Position numbers and translations under genes: made by a program. A stretch of 63,063 nucleotides of DNA, filler included, from Methanobacteriota archaeon (GTDB lineage: Archaea; JACRDV01): NCBI GenBank assembly GCA_024860865.1. It is 11 parts of 11 records of this genome, joined end to end, with 100 filler letters (N's around TTAATTAATTAA, not from the genome) between each part and the next. Parts side by side here need not be neighbours in the genome. Positions count along the whole stretch, not along the records: positions 7,117 to 13,228 come from JACRDV010000024.1; positions 13,329 to 17,660 come from JACRDV010000132.1; positions 17,761 to 29,123 come from JACRDV010000134.1; 8 more parts are not named here. The stretch is one strand, 5' to 3'. Every line of letters begins with the position of its first letter. The first letter of the stretch is position 1. Positions 9,631 to 20,193 of the stretch are shown one piece after another. The notes beneath the pieces were generated by a model. The model ran no database searches and was not told the DNA's origin. It saw only the letters and a program-made list of their open reading frames with translations.

Positions 9631-12600
9631 CTAATTTATAATAAGTTTGAAGTAAAGGTCAGTCTCATCTTTAAATATATCGTAATTACTCTTTTCAATT
9701 TTTAGAGGTTTACTGGTTATAGATGTAATAGCCATGGCTATAGCGCTGCAAAGGGGGCATCCTATTATTTCGCAGATAGATGGCTTCGTTTTACTCACGC
9801 TATCGCACACATAAGATAGTTTAGATCCTTTCAATTTTACATGAACTGTATCATCTTCTTGATGAGCATATACCTCAGTAGCAAGGTCAAGTTTGTCAAC
9901 AAGAATAGATGGTAATCTATCAATAAATTCTTCTAACGAAATGTTTTCCTTCCCCAATTCGCTCTTAATAATGTTGTAAAGATTTTCTCCAATTGGAGTC
10001 ACAACTAATTCTCCACCTTTAGTAGGCACAAGTATTTTGCCAGTTGGCAGGTAAATCCCTTTTCCAATAACTCCAATTTCTTGGAAGAGATGGCAAAAAG
10101 CATTGAGGGAGGAAACAATTCCTTGACTTGTTAAAGCGCTTCTTGTGTACATTTCTATTGCAAAATATAGTAGAATAAAGCCTATGGCAAAAGCAGATAT
10201 TACAGTGAACTCTGATGATACAGACCCAAATACAAAAGCAGTTATGGTTGCAATTGCACTTAAAATTAACAATGCCAATCCAGGTAGAAATCTCTTTTTC
10301 TTCCTCAAATACCAAACAAATTCTCTTATCTTCTCTTGTTTCTTGGCATATTCTAATTTCTTAGATAATTCAGGTATAATTGAAAAAGGTAGTTTAATTA
10401 TTTCTCCAAGTTTGAATGAAAGAATAGTTGTATTTTTCTCTGAATTGTGTTCATGTCTTTCAAGCGAGACTTGCCTGCCTGTGGCTTTGGCTATCGCTAA
10501 AGCTAGAGCACTGCATATTGGGCAACCAGTGAGATCACAAATGGAACTTTTGGCATCGGCTAATTGTTGGCAGACTTCTGAAAAGCGTGAACCACCTACG
10601 ATTATCTCAACGCTATCGCTTCCATTCTTAGTTATTTTAACCTCATCAGCTATCTCTATTCCATCTTTTAGGACGGGTGGGAGAGCATCTATTAGATAAT
10701 CAATTCCAACTCCCTGAAGGCCAGTGCCCAATTCCCTCTCTATGTTAGTGAGACTTTCCGACCCAACTGACTGAACCAGTGCTTCATTATCTGGAATAGT
10801 TGATTGGTCTTTTACACCTAAATTTGTTTTTTTGAGAAGATTTCCAAGCGATAAAAGAGGCGATAGGATTAATCTCGTTGCTACCTTTGAGGGTAAATAA
10901 CTTTCAAAGCCATGGCCTAGCAAAATTATACCCATCATAATAAAAACTACGGTAACTATTGCCCATGTAGTAGACCATTTTGAGAGAGCAATAGCCATCG
11001 TAAGAGAGCATGAACCCAAAAGAGTTAAACCAGCCAAAGAAATTTTAGATTCTTTAATTACAAACCATATAACTTTTAACTTGTCAATTGATCGCGAGAA
11101 AGGATTAAATTGTAAAGAAGGGAGAGCAGAATTCCAAATAAGCGAGGGGCTATCGCCCAACATTAAATGTCTTTTTATGAGTCCTTTATTCTCCAAACTT
11201 TCAAGAGCTTTTAGCACATTATGATCATTTAAGTAAGATGGTGGCATATTTTTATGGGCAGTGATTAAATCTAGAACTGTATTTTCATTTTCTGAAAGGT
11301 GGCGCTGAAGGAGGCGCAATCTATTTGTTCTTCTTTCAGAATGAATAGCAACTATTGCAGCGAGGACAGCTAACAAAATTGCTAAAAATACTATTGCTGG
11401 TCCAATGTTATAATAGAGAGTATAAACAAAAGCAATGGGTATAGATTGGCCTTTAATTTGCTGCCAGTGTGTGACAATAGCTTTTCCTAATTCTACAAGA
11501 ATATCTGCAACTGCCTGGTAGTCAGAAGGATCTGATATGATTCCTTTCGAGGCAAAAGTTTCAGTATAAGCTAAGAGGCTCAAACCTACTGCACGAGCTC
11601 CAGGGGCTGTGTCAGTTTTAAGAAATATTTGATCGGTAAAAGTAAACACAACTGGAGTCTGGCGAAGCGGAGTATTAAAAACTAACACATCCCCTCGCAA
11701 AAGGGGAGATTCGGCAAGCATTTTGCTCCATCGAGCATCAAGTTTCCACCCTTGCGTTACCGGTAAGCAAGCTAGCCAGCCACCCACTATATGTAGGAGC
11801 GGAGAAGTTGGAGCTGTCTCTACATACACTGTTACCATTTTATTGTCTATTGAGCCAGGAGCAATTTTTTCGTAAGCATATATGTGGGCATTTAAAGATT
11901 GATAATATCCAGATATTGGCTCAACATATGTTAGTCTCCAACCAGAGAAGTTCGCAGGGAGTAATAGCTCCGCGTCTTTTCCTTCTGGGGTATATCTTGC
12001 AACATATGCAGGGTCTAATTTTGGAACTATAATAAGTGGAACGCTTGCAAATAAGAAAAGGAGAAGGATGACTGAGAGAGCAGTGGCTTTAAAAACAATT
12101 CGAACTCCGCTAACTTTTGGTTTTGGAATTATTGAGGCTATTCTATCTATTGCTTGAGTTGATATTTTTGGACTTTTTATTATTGAAAGTGCAATCACAA
12201 TGAAAGCAGCTGTTACTGTTATTACCCATCCACCGAATAAGTGAAATGCCTCTACTGCAAATCCATTGCCATAAAGATAGCCAATACCAATTATTGCACA
12301 TATTCGAATTATGTTAAGCAAATATACTATAAGACATCCTGCGACAAATATTGAAATTTTTTTAATTAATGAACCCTTGATAATGTAAGCTAGGAAAACT
12401 CCAAATGCTATGAATCCAAGAAGTGAGTAAATCCCTGCGCATGGCAATCCTACAATAAATGATAAGGGCTCTCCAGCACGAGATACGAGATTTACAATAT
12501 AGGCTCCTTGAGAAGTTGATAGCATAAGAGGTATTCCAAGAGCTCTCAATACAAAAACAGTTACACTGGCACTGATTGCAATCGATGTAGCAGCTAATAA

Positions 12601-13228
12601 AACAATGAAACTGAGAGGTAATGGGCACATTAAAGTTAAATAACCTATTGGAAATGCTAGTGCTCGAAGTCCTTCGAATCCAAGAAAAAGAACAATGCAA
12701 CCTATAATGAACATTATAAGTGATAGTATGTGGAGTTGTAATTGAAGCAAAGAGAAAGTTCCATAGAAGTAGAGGGTAAAGGCAAATAAGCATAAGGCCA
12801 GACCAATTAAATCTTGAGGTAAGCTTGGGTCTTTGCTAAGCTGAGCTACTGCTTTTAAGGCTGCTCTTTTTCTATAAACTAGATAAGTTGCGACTATTGG
12901 TACAATTAAAATATAACGTGCATAATCGTTTAGTAGAATCTCGTGCCATAGTGCAATAAAATCTTTGTGATAAGCTATCGCAACAACAGCGGCTATGGTT
13001 AAGAACTTATAATAAACGATTATTCCTTGTTTTAATGCGATTAACCACTTGGCTTCCACCAAACGGGTGAATTCAATAATTTTCTTTTTAATCTTCTTTA
13101 ATGAATTGCGCAGATAAACAGCAAATGTAGCTAGAGCAGATGCAAGAGATCCAAGGATTGGAAATTCAGGAACGGGGACTGGGTTGGTTGAAGAGGGAAA
13201 ATAAACTAGGCTATCGCGAGTAGAACTA
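9631..13228 (-). CDS. Multidomain exosortase/archaeosortase fusion, 5'-incomplete: PEF-CTERM-like segment, sortase, EpsI-like domain, winged-helix-like segment and two TM-Cys4 modules
   Basis: Catalytic triad C (GLPCAG, 12439-12441), R (NIIRI, 12304-12306) and H (AFHLFGG, 12241-12243). The frame stays open from the called start at 13062 to the contig edge at 13228. Confidence 0.85.
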
Positions 13229-13328
13229 NNNNNNNNNNNNNNNNNNNNNNNNNNNNNNNNNNNNNNNNNNNNTTAATTAATTAANNNNNNNNNNNNNNNN
13301 NNNNNNNNNNNNNNNNNNNNNNNNNNNN
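13229..13328. other. Artificial contig linker
   Basis: N run with TTAATTAATTAA. Confidence 0.99.
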
Positions 13329-13520
13329 ACTGCTTATAGCATATGTAATAATTATCAACCCATTTATAAAAAGTGCGAGAATCCCAACAAAAGTTAAAGT
13401 TGATAGTGCTCTAAGCTTAAATTCTAATCGCCAGCTGTAAGTATAAGAAACATGGATTGCACTGAGCGCCAGCACAAAACCTGTAACCATAATGTAAAAA
13501 ACTTGAAGAGCAGTAAACAA
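13329..13520 (-). CDS. Membrane protein, 3'-truncated by the contig end
   Basis: Two hydrophobic helices; GAGGT ribosome-binding site; abuts the stop of the CcmC-like gene. Confidence 0.55.
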
Positions 13521-14180
13521 TTAGGCTACCTCTCTCTTAATGTATAACTCATACTGACAGAAATCCTCAACTAAGTATGGACAACTTAAATCTCTGCAGC
13601 GACCAATATCCATCAGAAGCTTATCTATTGGACAAATTGGAAGTTCTGCTCTCTGTTCTTTTAATTTTTGGTAAGTGTGTCTAAGGGATATGCCATACCC
13701 TGTTATTATTGCAAAAGTAGCTCCTAAACTAGTATATGTTAATGGATTCCACTGGAAAGGATGAAATTCTGGGCTATGTAACCCTGGAAGCAATTTGCTT
13801 GAGAGGTAAGTAAATACTATCCCAATAAACCCGATTATAGCAAGAAAAGCCGTTACAGTTCTTTTCTTCTCTTGACCAATAGTAAAAACTCGTGCTTGAA
13901 GGTAAGCTAAGTAAAGCAACCAAGCTATTAGATATGTTGTTACCTTAGGATCTCGTATCAACAAAAAATCCATCGGACTTAATTTCCATTGAGCATACGA
14001 CCAAAACATTCCAAGAGCTAAAGCTATCCCCATAAACACAAAACCAAATTTCATTGAGGGATAAGCTACATCATCCCACTTAGAGTCGCGATTGCTCAAA
14101 TAGAGGAGACTTGCAACTAATGTAACTCCAAGTGCAATAAAACTAGCATAAGCAAGCGACGGATGAATTATCCAAAGCAC
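13521..14180 (-). CDS. Cytochrome c assembly protein (CcmC/CcsA family) with a Cys-rich tail
   Basis: HP..AY, GMFWSYAQW...DPKVTT (degenerate WWD region) and a conserved LH; in an operon with hemA. Confidence 0.78.
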   Translation of the reverse strand: MLWIIHPSLAYASFIALGVTLVASLLYLSNRDSKWDDVAYPSMKFGFVFMGIALALGMFWSYAQWKLSPMDFLLIRDPKVTTYLIAWLLYLAYLQARVFTIGQEKKRTVTAFLAIIGFIGIVFTYLSSKLLPGLHSPEFHPFQWNPLTYTSLGATFAIITGYGISLRHTYQKLKEQRAELPICPIDKLLMDIGRCRDLSCPYLVEDFCQYELYIKREVA

Positions 14181-14237
14181 ATCTGCTATTTCGATTGTAA
14201 ACCCCCCAAGACTATGAAAAATTCTGTTCGAGCATTT

Positions 14238-15563
14238 TCAGTGACTAGATTTCCCTGAGCCCTTGCCTGCTCGATACCGTAAAATTTCAACTAATTTGCC
14301 CCCTTTAGTATCGATATCAAAAAGTTTAGCCGCATATTCAATTAATTCAATATCCCCATTATCCGCAGCCATTTTAAGGTTATTAATAACACCCAATAAC
14401 AAGCGATTTGATAAAACTCTAGTTAGATCGCATATGATCTGTCTTTCGCGCTCAGTTGGCGACCCAAACATACGCAAAGCTTTTTCAAGCTCTTTCATTC
14501 GTGTTTCCTCAGCTTTTGACAATAGTGCTGACAAAAATGGAGCTGCTTGATGCAATCTAACAAGTTGTTTATTGAATATCTTGAGGTCCTCAGCAATTAT
14601 CCTTTCGACCTTATGAATTTCTCCTTCTCTTTTTCTTTTGTTTTCCTCTGCAATTTCTCTTAAGCCATCGATGTCAAACAATTTAATTCCTGATAGAGAA
14701 CCAACTTCTTTATCAACATCTCTCGGAGTTGCTATATCAATGATCAACAACTGACTTGGCCTTTTTCTTTTTTCTAAAATCTTTCTAGCCTTATCAACAG
14801 TAATGAGCACATGGGGAGCTGCAGTTGCGCTGATTACAATATCTGAATTCGCCATTATATCATCAACCATTTCAAATTTAACTGCTTGACCACCCAACTC
14901 CTCAGCGAGCTTTACTCCTCGTTCATAAGTTCTGTTTGCAACAAAAATTCCAGCTAACTTGTATTCAGATAAAGACTTAGCAACAAGAGTTGCCATCTCA
15001 CCTGCGCCAATTAGAAGCACATTCTTGCTGGTTAAATCGCCCACAAATTTTTCAGCAAGCTCAACTGCTGCTGATCCAACAGAAACTGCGCCTTTGTTAA
15101 TCTCAGTACCTTGGCGAACTTTCTTTCCAATGATAATAGCTTTTGTGAAAATTGCTCTTAAAAAAATTCCGACTGTTTTTGCTTCTTCTGCTAGTTTAAG
15201 CGCATCTTTAACCTGGCCTAAAATTTGGTCTTCTCCAACTATCATTGATTCAAGGCCAGAGGCCAACCTAAAAAGGTGGGAAATTGCATCATCTGTTTTT
15301 ATCTCAAGAGCTTTTTCTACATCTTGAGCCTTTACACCTGCTTTTTTCAAAAGAAAATTGACGAGAGCTTTAGTTGCATCCTCTTTGTCAAGAGTAGCTA
15401 CGAAAATTTGCACTCGATTGCAAGTTTGAAGTAAAATGCATTCAACAATAGGCTCCAACGAAAAAATATTATGTAATGCTCTTTTCTGGTCTCTAAAAGT
15501 CAATGCCTCAATTACTGATAGATCTGCAGTTTTATGCGAAACCCCTATGCTAACTAATTCCAC
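14238..15563 (-). CDS. hemA: Glutamyl-tRNA reductase
   Basis: TCNR catalytic motif, GLESMIVGEDQILGQV, GAGEMA and DIATPRD. Confidence 0.96.
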   Translation of the reverse strand: MELVSIGVSHKTADLSVIEALTFRDQKRALHNIFSLEPIVECILLQTCNRVQIFVATLDKEDATKALVNFLLKKAGVKAQDVEKALEIKTDDAISHLFRLASGLESMIVGEDQILGQVKDALKLAEEAKTVGIFLRAIFTKAIIIGKKVRQGTEINKGAVSVGSAAVELAEKFVGDLTSKNVLLIGAGEMATLVAKSLSEYKLAGIFVANRTYERGVKLAEELGGQAVKFEMVDDIMANSDIVISATAAPHVLITVDKARKILEKRKRPSQLLIIDIATPRDVDKEVGSLSGIKLFDIDGLREIAEENKRKREGEIHKVERIIAEDLKIFNKQLVRLHQAAPFLSALLSKAEETRMKELEKALRMFGSPTERERQIICDLTRVLSNRLLLGVINNLKMAADNGDIELIEYAAKLFDIDTKGGKLVEILRYRAGKGSGKSSH

Positions 15564-15566
15564 TGA

Positions 15567-16217
15567 TTACCCTCCACTCAAACAAGAATCAAATATTTTT
15601 CTAACTCTAAGCTGAGCAGCCTTGATTTTGCGCTTTTTAATTAATGCTAGAGTTTGTGGGTCATTTAAAATTTTTTGATAGAACGAATTTCTTTTTCTTT
15701 GGTTTATTAATTTACCCATTTTCCTAGCTTTTGATAATAAATCAAGTAAAAAAATGTCCTCTCTTTTTATTGACTTTTCAATTCTCTGGCGCAAAAATCT
15801 TGAAAGTGCTGGGCTTTTTCCTTGTGTATAGATTCCAATTTGGATGTCCCCAATTCTTGCAATAGCTGGAATGACTATATCACAGCTTGCTATATCGTCT
15901 GCTCTATTAACCAATTTTTTGGCCCTTTGAGCAGTTTTAGTTATCTTCTCATTTAATTCACTATTGTTTGTTGCTGCAATTACAATATCAGCGCCTTTAA
16001 TTGCTTGGGCTATAGAAACTTGTTCTCCAACTGAAGCATTAATTAGTTCTAACTTTTTCTTCAATTTATTTAAGCCACTTGTAAAGCTCGAACTTATTAC
16101 TTTAACCTTAGCCCCGGCTTTTAAAAACTTTTTAGCCTTACGTTCGCTAACTGGCCCTCCGCCAATAATAGTTACATTTTTACCAGTTAAATTAAAAAAT
16201 ACTAGTAGACCTTGCAT
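15567..16217 (-). CDS. sirC: Precorrin-2 dehydrogenase / sirohydrochlorin ferrochelatase
   Basis: IIGGGPVSERK, AATNNSELN, VNRAD and TQGKSPAL motifs. Confidence 0.9.
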   Translation of the reverse strand: MQGLLVFFNLTGKNVTIIGGGPVSERKAKKFLKAGAKVKVISSSFTSGLNKLKKKLELINASVGEQVSIAQAIKGADIVIAATNNSELNEKITKTAQRAKKLVNRADDIASCDIVIPAIARIGDIQIGIYTQGKSPALSRFLRQRIEKSIKREDIFLLDLLSKARKMGKLINQRKRNSFYQKILNDPQTLALIKKRKIKAAQLRVRKIFDSCLSGG

Positions 16218-16270
16218 TAATATCTTTTAAAATTTCTTTAAGTTTCCAGTATATAGGAGCAGCGCTTAAT

Positions 16271-17660
16271 TTGAAAGGAAAGGTAGTATTGGTTGGAGCA
16301 GGTCCTGGAGACCCGGAATTAATCACTCTGAAGGCTTTAAAAGCCATTCACCAAGCCGATGTTATACTTTATGATAGATTAGTCAGTGAAGAAATTTTAA
16401 AGGAAGTCCCAAAAAATGCTGAGTTAATTTATGTCGGGAAAGAAGCTCCTAAACATACCTTTACTCAAGAACAAATCTGCGAATTATTAGTAAAACTTGC
16501 AAAAGCTGGAAAAAATGTAGTACGTTTAAAAGGAGGAGATCCTTTTGTCTTTGGCAGAGGTGGAGAAGAAGTCGCAGCATTAATACAAGCTGGTATAAAT
16601 TTTGAAATAATTCCAGGAGTTACATCTGCAATTGCAGTTCCAGCTCTTGCAGGGATACCCCTTACTCGTCGAAAATTTGCATCCTCACTTGCTATCGTTA
16701 CTGGCCATGAAGATCTGACAAAAGAAATTCAAGTTAACTGGGAGAAAATCGCAGCTGCTATTGATACTATTGTTATTCTTATGGGTATTGGCAATTTAAA
16801 GAATATAGTTGAGAGAATATTAAAAGGTGGGCGTAACCCAGAAACACCAGTAGCAATCATTGAAAGCGGTGGAACGCCAAAAGAAAGAATAACAATTGGA
16901 AAACTTTCAAATATTGTTAAAAAAGCAGAAGAAAAAAAAGTAAAAGCACCTGCAATTATTGTTATGGGTGAAGTTGTTAATTTGCGCCAAGATTTTTTGA
17001 AGAGCAAGCCATTGGCTGGAAAAGTAGTTGCTCTCACTAGGCCTGAAAAGGACTCTGCGAAATTAGCTGAAATGGTTAAGGAAAATGGTGGTATACCGTA
17101 TATTGTTCCAACATTAGAAATCGCTCCGCCTGAAAATAAAAACAAAGTCTTTGAGTTTATCTCAGACGTTCTTAATCAAAAATACGATATAGCTATATTT
17201 ACAAGTGCCAACGGGGTCCGATGGACGCTAGAGATAGCTAAAGAAATGAATAAAACCAAAGAATTTACGGATGCATTAAACAAGCTTACAGTAATTGCTG
17301 TTGGGCCAAAAACTGAAGAAGCTGCTAAAAAATTTGGAATTAAAACTGCGCTGGTTCCGGATGAATACATTGCAGAGGGTATTTTAGGCAAACTACTTGA
17401 ATTTAATCTTAAAGATAAAAGGATTGCACTTCCAAGAACACCAGCTGCAAGAGAAACTTTGCCTATTGAATTAAGGAAGCAAGGAGCAATTCCCATTGAA
17501 ATTCCAGTCTATGAATCTAAAATACCTAAAGATAAGACAAAGATTATAGAACTTATTAACAAAATAGTTCAGGGCCGAGTTGATATAATTACATTCACCA
17601 GTCCACTAACAGCACAGAATTTATTTGCTGTAGCAAAAGAGATCAATGCAGATTCAAAAC
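16271..17660 (+). CDS. cobA-hemD: Uroporphyrinogen-III C-methyltransferase / uroporphyrinogen-III synthase fusion (3'-truncated)
   Basis: GAGPGDPELIT and RLKGGDPFVFGRGGEE, followed by the HemD motifs LTRP, FTSANGV, AVGPKT and VYES. Confidence 0.93.
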
Positions 17661-17760
17661 NNNNNNNNNNNNNNNNNNNNNNNNNNNNNNNNNNNNNNNN
17701 NNNNTTAATTAATTAANNNNNNNNNNNNNNNNNNNNNNNNNNNNNNNNNNNNNNNNNNNN
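17661..17760. other. Artificial contig linker
   Basis: N run with TTAATTAATTAA. Confidence 0.99.
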
Positions 17761-19013
17761 CATTTTTGATAGAAAGCACCAAGAAAATGCTCTCTCAAAT
17801 AGGCGTGGAAACAATTGAAGTTGAAAATCTAAGCTGCTGTCCTGAGCCTATTTACCTGAGGGCATACGGCAAAGAAGCCACTTTGGCTCTCTCTGCAAGA
17901 AATTTATCGCTTGTAGAAAAGGAAGGAGACAAAATGCTCATCGTTTGCAACGGATGCTACTTAGTACTGCATGATGCGCAAAATGAATTGAAAGACCTTA
18001 ACTTGAGAGAAAAGATAAATTCGATGCTGTCAGATTCAAAATATCTAGGCAATGTTAAAACCGTTCACATCCTCGAACTTTTAAATTCGGATATTACGGC
18101 GATAAAGAGTGCGGTAAAAAATCCGTTGAGCGGTTTGAAGGTGGCGGTACACTACGGCTGCCACTGCTTATATCCACCTGCTGTGAGCACTGACAACCCT
18201 GAGAATCCAAGCTCCCTTGATACTATTGTCGAAGCTACCGGAGCAGAAAGCGTAGATTATGAAGGAAAGATTGACTGTTGCGGTGCACCTTTAATTGCAT
18301 TCGATGTGCGAGAAGCTGATGAAATCCTGCTGAATAAACTCGTAAAATTAAAAGGAAAAGTTGACTGCATAGTTACAGCCTGCCCTGGATGCTTCCTCAG
18401 GTTTGATGCAATATTGGATGAAAAAAAAGAATATGCAGTGCCAGTAATTCATTTGAGCGAACTTTTATGCTTGGCTTTCGGCATTTCTGGCGAGGAATTA
18501 TTTTTTGAAGGGCACATAACTAACGTTTCTCCAGTGCTTCAAAAAATAGGATTCAAAGAAAATTCAGAAATGGAGCTAGTTAAGAAATATTTTGATGTAA
18601 ATGCACTTGAAAGGCACTGCGGTGCTTGCAGCAAGGAGTGTACAGCATCAATAAGAACGAGAAACAGTTCGAATCCTTTCAACCCTATTGAAGTTGTTGA
18701 AAAACTAAGGGCAGGGAAATTTTACGATGTTGTAAGGGGACATGAAATTTGGTGTTGCTTGCAGTGCGGCAAATGCGAACTAAGATGCCCAAACAATACT
18801 GGCCTTAAGGAGATGTTTGCTCAACTTAGGGGGATAGCTGTCTCACATGGGGAATCTCCTAAAATTATTAATGAGAAAAGAAAAATGCTCGAGAATACTG
18901 GTTATGCCGTGCCTATAAAAAAGCACATGCGGAAAAAAATGGGCATAGGCGATGCGCCTAAAGTAGACGCCTCCGAGATTAAGAAAATAATGAGCAAAAT
19001 TGAGGGAAATTAA
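17761..19013 (+). CDS. Heterodisulfide reductase-like HdrB-HdrC fusion (5'-truncated)
   Basis: Two CCG-type domains (SCCPE...CNGC; HYGCH...DCCG...ACPGC), then an HdrC-like domain with CGACSKEC and CLQCGKCELRCP. Confidence 0.85.
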
Positions 19014-20189
19014 ATGTCTATTTTCAAAAGCCACTTTACAAGACCAAGGATATTGATGAGAAACCCAAGTGCATGCGGAATAAGTGGGGTTCTAAATATG
19101 GATGGTGAACTCATCAGTGGCAGAAAAATAAAGGAGATTATAACAGTCATGACAGAGAGAGAAAACGGTCTTGGCGCTGGGTTCGCTGTATATGGTGCAT
19201 TTCCAAAATATAAGGATGATTACTGCTTACAACTAATCCTCGAGGACACGCCAGATAGCGACCCCGCGAAAGAAAGAGTTGAAGAATTCTTAAAAGAGCA
19301 TGTTGAAATATCTAAGGACGAAAGGGTGCAGGTAAGGCAAGGGATTTTTAGAGAGCACCCAACGATATGGCGCTTCTTCATTAATCCGAAGGATGGGCAA
19401 AATCCAGACGACGTAATTAAAGATATTGCCATGTACATAAATGATAGAATAGATGGGGCATTCTGCCTGAGCTGTGGTAAAGATATGGCAGTATTTAAAG
19501 GCAACGGCTGGTCTCATGAAATCGCAGACTTCTATGAAATAGAAAAATTAAAAGGTTACATGTGGAGTTTCCATAGCAGATTTCCAACGAATACGCCAGG
19601 ATGGTGGGGGGGTGCTCACCCCTTCTCGATTCTGGGTCACGCTATTATACACAACGGTGAAATCACCTCTTACGGTACAAATGTAAATTATTTAAAGGAA
19701 TTGGGATACGTCTGCAAGCTGCTAACGGACACAGAAGTAGTTGCATATCTATTCGATTTTCTTGTAAGGAAGAGCGGATATCCAAAAGAGATAGCTTACG
19801 AAATTGCAGCTATGGCTCTTTCTCCACCATACTGGCGTGAGATAGAAAGAATGCCTCCCGAAATAAGAAAGTGGGCAACAGCAATCAGGATTACCCATAG
19901 AAAAGCTATGGCAAACGGACCATTCAGCGTCATCATAACCACGGATTACCCAAAGCCCACTATGATTGGACATTCGGATAGGAAAAAATTGAGGCCGTTA
20001 ATAGCAGCGGTCTCTGAAGATGAAAAAACGTTCTACTTATCAAGCGAACTCAATGCAATACATGCTGTAGACGATACCCGAAATTTCTGGCAGCCAGATC
20101 CGGGCAAGGCAGCAATCGCGACAATTGGTGGCGTGATAAAAAAAGGTACAGAAAAGCCATTCGAAAATATAAGCGAAAAACTTGGGTGA
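19014..20189 (+). CDS. gltB1: Glutamate synthase amidotransferase subunit (GltB1)
   Basis: Ntn nucleophile ACGISG after a propeptide; ERENGLGAG, HSRFPTNT, HNGEI and NGPF motifs. Confidence 0.9.
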   Translation: MSIFKSHFTRPRILMRNPSACGISGVLNMDGELISGRKIKEIITVMTERENGLGAGFAVYGAFPKYKDDYCLQLILEDTPDSDPAKERVEEFLKEHVEISKDERVQVRQGIFREHPTIWRFFINPKDGQNPDDVIKDIAMYINDRIDGAFCLSCGKDMAVFKGNGWSHEIADFYEIEKLKGYMWSFHSRFPTNTPGWWGGAHPFSILGHAIIHNGEITSYGTNVNYLKELGYVCKLLTDTEVVAYLFDFLVRKSGYPKEIAYEIAAMALSPPYWREIERMPPEIRKWATAIRITHRKAMANGPFSVIITTDYPKPTMIGHSDRKKLRPLIAAVSEDEKTFYLSSELNAIHAVDDTRNFWQPDPGKAAIATIGGVIKKGTEKPFENISEKLG

Positions 20190-20193
20190 GAAG

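Noticed and set aside
14181-14212. Possible non-canonical ATC/ATA start for the CcmC-like gene after a G-rich run
   Set aside because: The frame is open, but GTG 14180 is an adequate start and no conserved N-terminus is available to decide.
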